From the NCBI GenBank assembly GCA_035221665.1, contig CM069148.1, positions 51,522,001-51,586,000 of the forward strand: a DNA stretch of 64,000 bases. The letters are read 5' to 3'. Source of the DNA: Okamejei kenojei (Eukaryota). The translations under genes were made by a program, and so were the position numbers. Positions 61,655-64,000 of the stretch are shown here, in pieces (the first letter of the stretch is position 1; each line of letters begins with the position of its first letter). The notes under the pieces were generated by a model that was not told the origin of the DNA, did not search any database, and saw nothing but the letters and a program-made list of their open reading frames with translations.

Positions 61655-62100
61655 TCAAGAGTCAAGAATGTTTAATTGTCATATGTACCGACGATGGAAC
61701 AATGACATTCTTACTTGCTGTAGCACAACAGGTTTGTAAACACAGTGTCCATAGATAATATATAACAGAGCAAAAAAATCAATAAATGAACAACCTCAAA
61801 ATTAGTGCAAAAAACCCGAAAGTCCTTACTGCAACCAAAGACAGTCCCTAGAGGTTTATAATTGAGCCTGGTGGTTGATGGGTTGAAGCTGCTCTTAAAC
61901 ATGGTGGTCATGGTTTGTAGACTCCTGTGCCCTCCTGTATGAGTGGGCTGAGAGCATGGCCACAGTGGTGTGGGTCTCTGATGATGCTGGCTGCCGTTTT
62001 GAGGCAGCGACTCCTGTAGATCCCTTCGATGGTGGGGAGGTGAGTACCCGTGATGGAGCGGGCAGTGTCTAGCACCTTCTGTAATGTCCTTCGTTCCTTG
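61655..62100 (-). mobile_element. Rex1/Babar-type LINE 3' end
   Basis: tgatgatgctggctgcc..gaggcagcg..gatcccttcgatggtggggagg; (TCTTGAC)n-type tail. Confidence 0.75.
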
Positions 62101-62459
62101 CGTTTGTGAAAAATAGTTAAATATATATATATTTTTTATTTTCTACTCATTTCCCGCAGAAGGTTGTGACATGCTGAGGGACAGTTCCTAAGGGACTGGA
62201 AACATTCCAGTTTCTCAATCAAGTAGAAATTTTTCAAGTATGGACATTAGGCACTGACAGACAATTTGGCTTCAAGGGACAATGCGTTGGTAACGGTCCT
62301 CATTGGAAAGCCACCAGGGGCAATTTGAGGCCAAAATCAGTCCACACAGAAGTGAAGAGAGAGTGGATCGGCCATGGTAAATTCTTCACCACTTCCAAGG
62401 AATAGTTATTCCTGTTGTAAGATGCCTCATCTCGAGGGATATATAGAGATCAAAATACA

Positions 62460-62738
62460 TCATGGAAACAGGCCCTTCGGCCCACCGAGTCCGCACCAAC
62501 CATCGATCACCCTGTACACTAGCACTATCCTACACACTGGGGACAATTTACAATTTACAGAAGCCATTGAACCTACAAAGCTGTCGTATTTTGAGTGTGG
62601 GAGGAAGCCGGGGAACCTGGAGAAAACTCATGTAGCCACAGGGAGAACGTATAAACCTGCGTAGACAGTTCTTGTACTCAGGATCAAACCCAGGTCTCTG
62701 GCACGTTAAGGCAGAACTCTACCCCTGCGCCACTGTGA
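62460..62738 (-). mobile_element. tRNA-derived SINE (HE1-like)
   Basis: Family consensus in reverse. Confidence 0.85.
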
Positions 62739-62829
62739 CGACCTGGCATGTCACATTGGAAGTTCTATACTTGCATCTAATCTAAATATGTTTTAAATAT
62801 TTGTACCAATATGATTCTTCTGGAGAAAT

Positions 62830-63580
62830 GTCATCCTTTTATCTTGTCGGGGTGTATACATGAGTTTAAAGCACATAATTGCAAGGTGTTGTATTTTGGT
62901 AAGACAACCCAACATAGGACTTGCACAATAAATGGTCGCGCTCTGTGTTACAGAACAGAGCGATCTCGGGGTGCAGGTAGATAGTTCCATGGAAGTGCTG
63001 ACACAGAGTGGTGACAATGCCATTTGGCATGCTTGCCTTTTATCGGTCAGGGCGCTGAGTATAGGAAAAAAGACACAAAGTGCTGGAGTAACTTAGTGGA
63101 TAATAGCCTGACCTGCTATGATACTCCAGCACCAAGTGTCCTTTTTGCAAACCAGCATCTGCAGTTCCTTGTTTCTACTTTCTGTAACTTTCTGACATGG
63201 ATAACAGTGCACATATGGAATGAGCTGCCAGAGGAAGTGGTGGGGCTGTTTAAGGTAGCAACATTTCAAAGGCCCTTGGTTACCTTCATGGGTGGGAGAG
63301 ATTTGGAGGGACATGGGCCATGCACAGGCAAGTGGGACTAGCTCGGTTAGGCAACTTGGTCAGCATGGACCAATGGGCCGAATGGCCTATTTGCATGCTC
63401 CTTGACTCGATGCCACTTAACAGGGTACTTAATCAGAAGGATCTCATATTTCAGACAGGTACATGGATAGGACACACTTAGATATGGGCCAAAAGCAGGC
63501 AGGTGGGACTAGTATAGATGGGGCATGTTGATTAGCATGAGCAAGTTGGACCGAAGGGCCTGTTTGCTTGCTGTATGACT
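62830..63580 (+). mobile_element. Fragmented CR1-type LINE pieces with a PLE unit at about 63068-63175
   Basis: cagagcgatctcggggtgcaggt..atgcttgccttt; tggaatgagctgccagaggaagtggt; two tails. Confidence 0.75.
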
Positions 63581-64000
63581 ACGTCATCTGATCCTTGCCA
63601 ACTATGGAATTTCTGATTTTATTAAAAGAAAAACCAGCCTTCAAATTCTTGTTTTCTCTCCACCCAGCAGTCTAGGAGAGTGTTCTACTGCAGGCATCTG
63701 AGCAGCCGACAGGGATTAGTTGCGATACTTTCCAAAGTTGATAATGTTGCTGACACTGCCTTGGCACAGGTGTGAAGTATGACTGACTCCGTGGGTGAGG
63801 CACTGAGGAACAACCTCTGAATCACTGGCCAGGGGAGAAGGAAGAGCACTGAGAAGGGGCGGGTGTGGCGAGACGGATGCATTAAAGGTCCCAAAGGTTG
63901 GGTGGCGCAGTGGCCAGAGACAAGGGTTCCATCCTGACTACGGATGCTGTCTGTGCGGAGTTTGTACGTACTCCCCATGACCACATGGGTTTCCCTGGGT

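Larger units (their letters stand above)
6232..64000 (+). other. SOX6: Large intron of SOX6 downstream of the exon (continues past window end)
   Basis: GT donor at 6232. The expected next exon (SSCMEKLLSKDWKEK-like) was not found in the ORF track or by eye. Confidence 0.75.

Noticed and set aside
63665-63890. Possible coding relic (99-aa ORF 63685-63984)
   Set aside because: The N-terminal part is antisense SINE; the remainder has no recognisable motif or splice context.

Overview
Vertebrate genomic DNA, very probably from a cartilaginous fish (skate/ray-like; inferred from the repeat complement). The only host coding sequence I can support is one 211-bp + strand internal exon of SOX6 (6021-6231, [15 protein letters not shown]...[31 protein letters not shown]). 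The rest is intron, densely packed with decayed retroelements: CR1-type LINEs, Rex1/Babar LINE 3' ends, tRNA-derived HE1-like SINEs, Penelope-like element (PLE) relics and a probable Ingi/Vingi relic, plus a few MITEs. Nearly all ORFs in the track are repeat-derived or spurious. The main observations are: (1) a family of 100-200 bp, often palindromic PLE terminal-repeat units that carry a minimal hammerhead-ribozyme core and sit between 11-15 bp target-site duplications (TSDs); (2) inverted CR1 fragments tightly bracketing the SOX6 exon, with the best branch-point match lying inside CR1 sequence; (3) a ~590-bp foldback element with a SINE B-box in both arms; (4) a 138-bp structured (AAG)n-tailed retroposon with a 12-bp TSD; (5) several repeat-free, motif-rich candidate enhancers. 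Repeat boundaries were read by eye and are approximate (about +/-20 bp) unless a TSD or terminal inverted repeat (TIR) is quoted.
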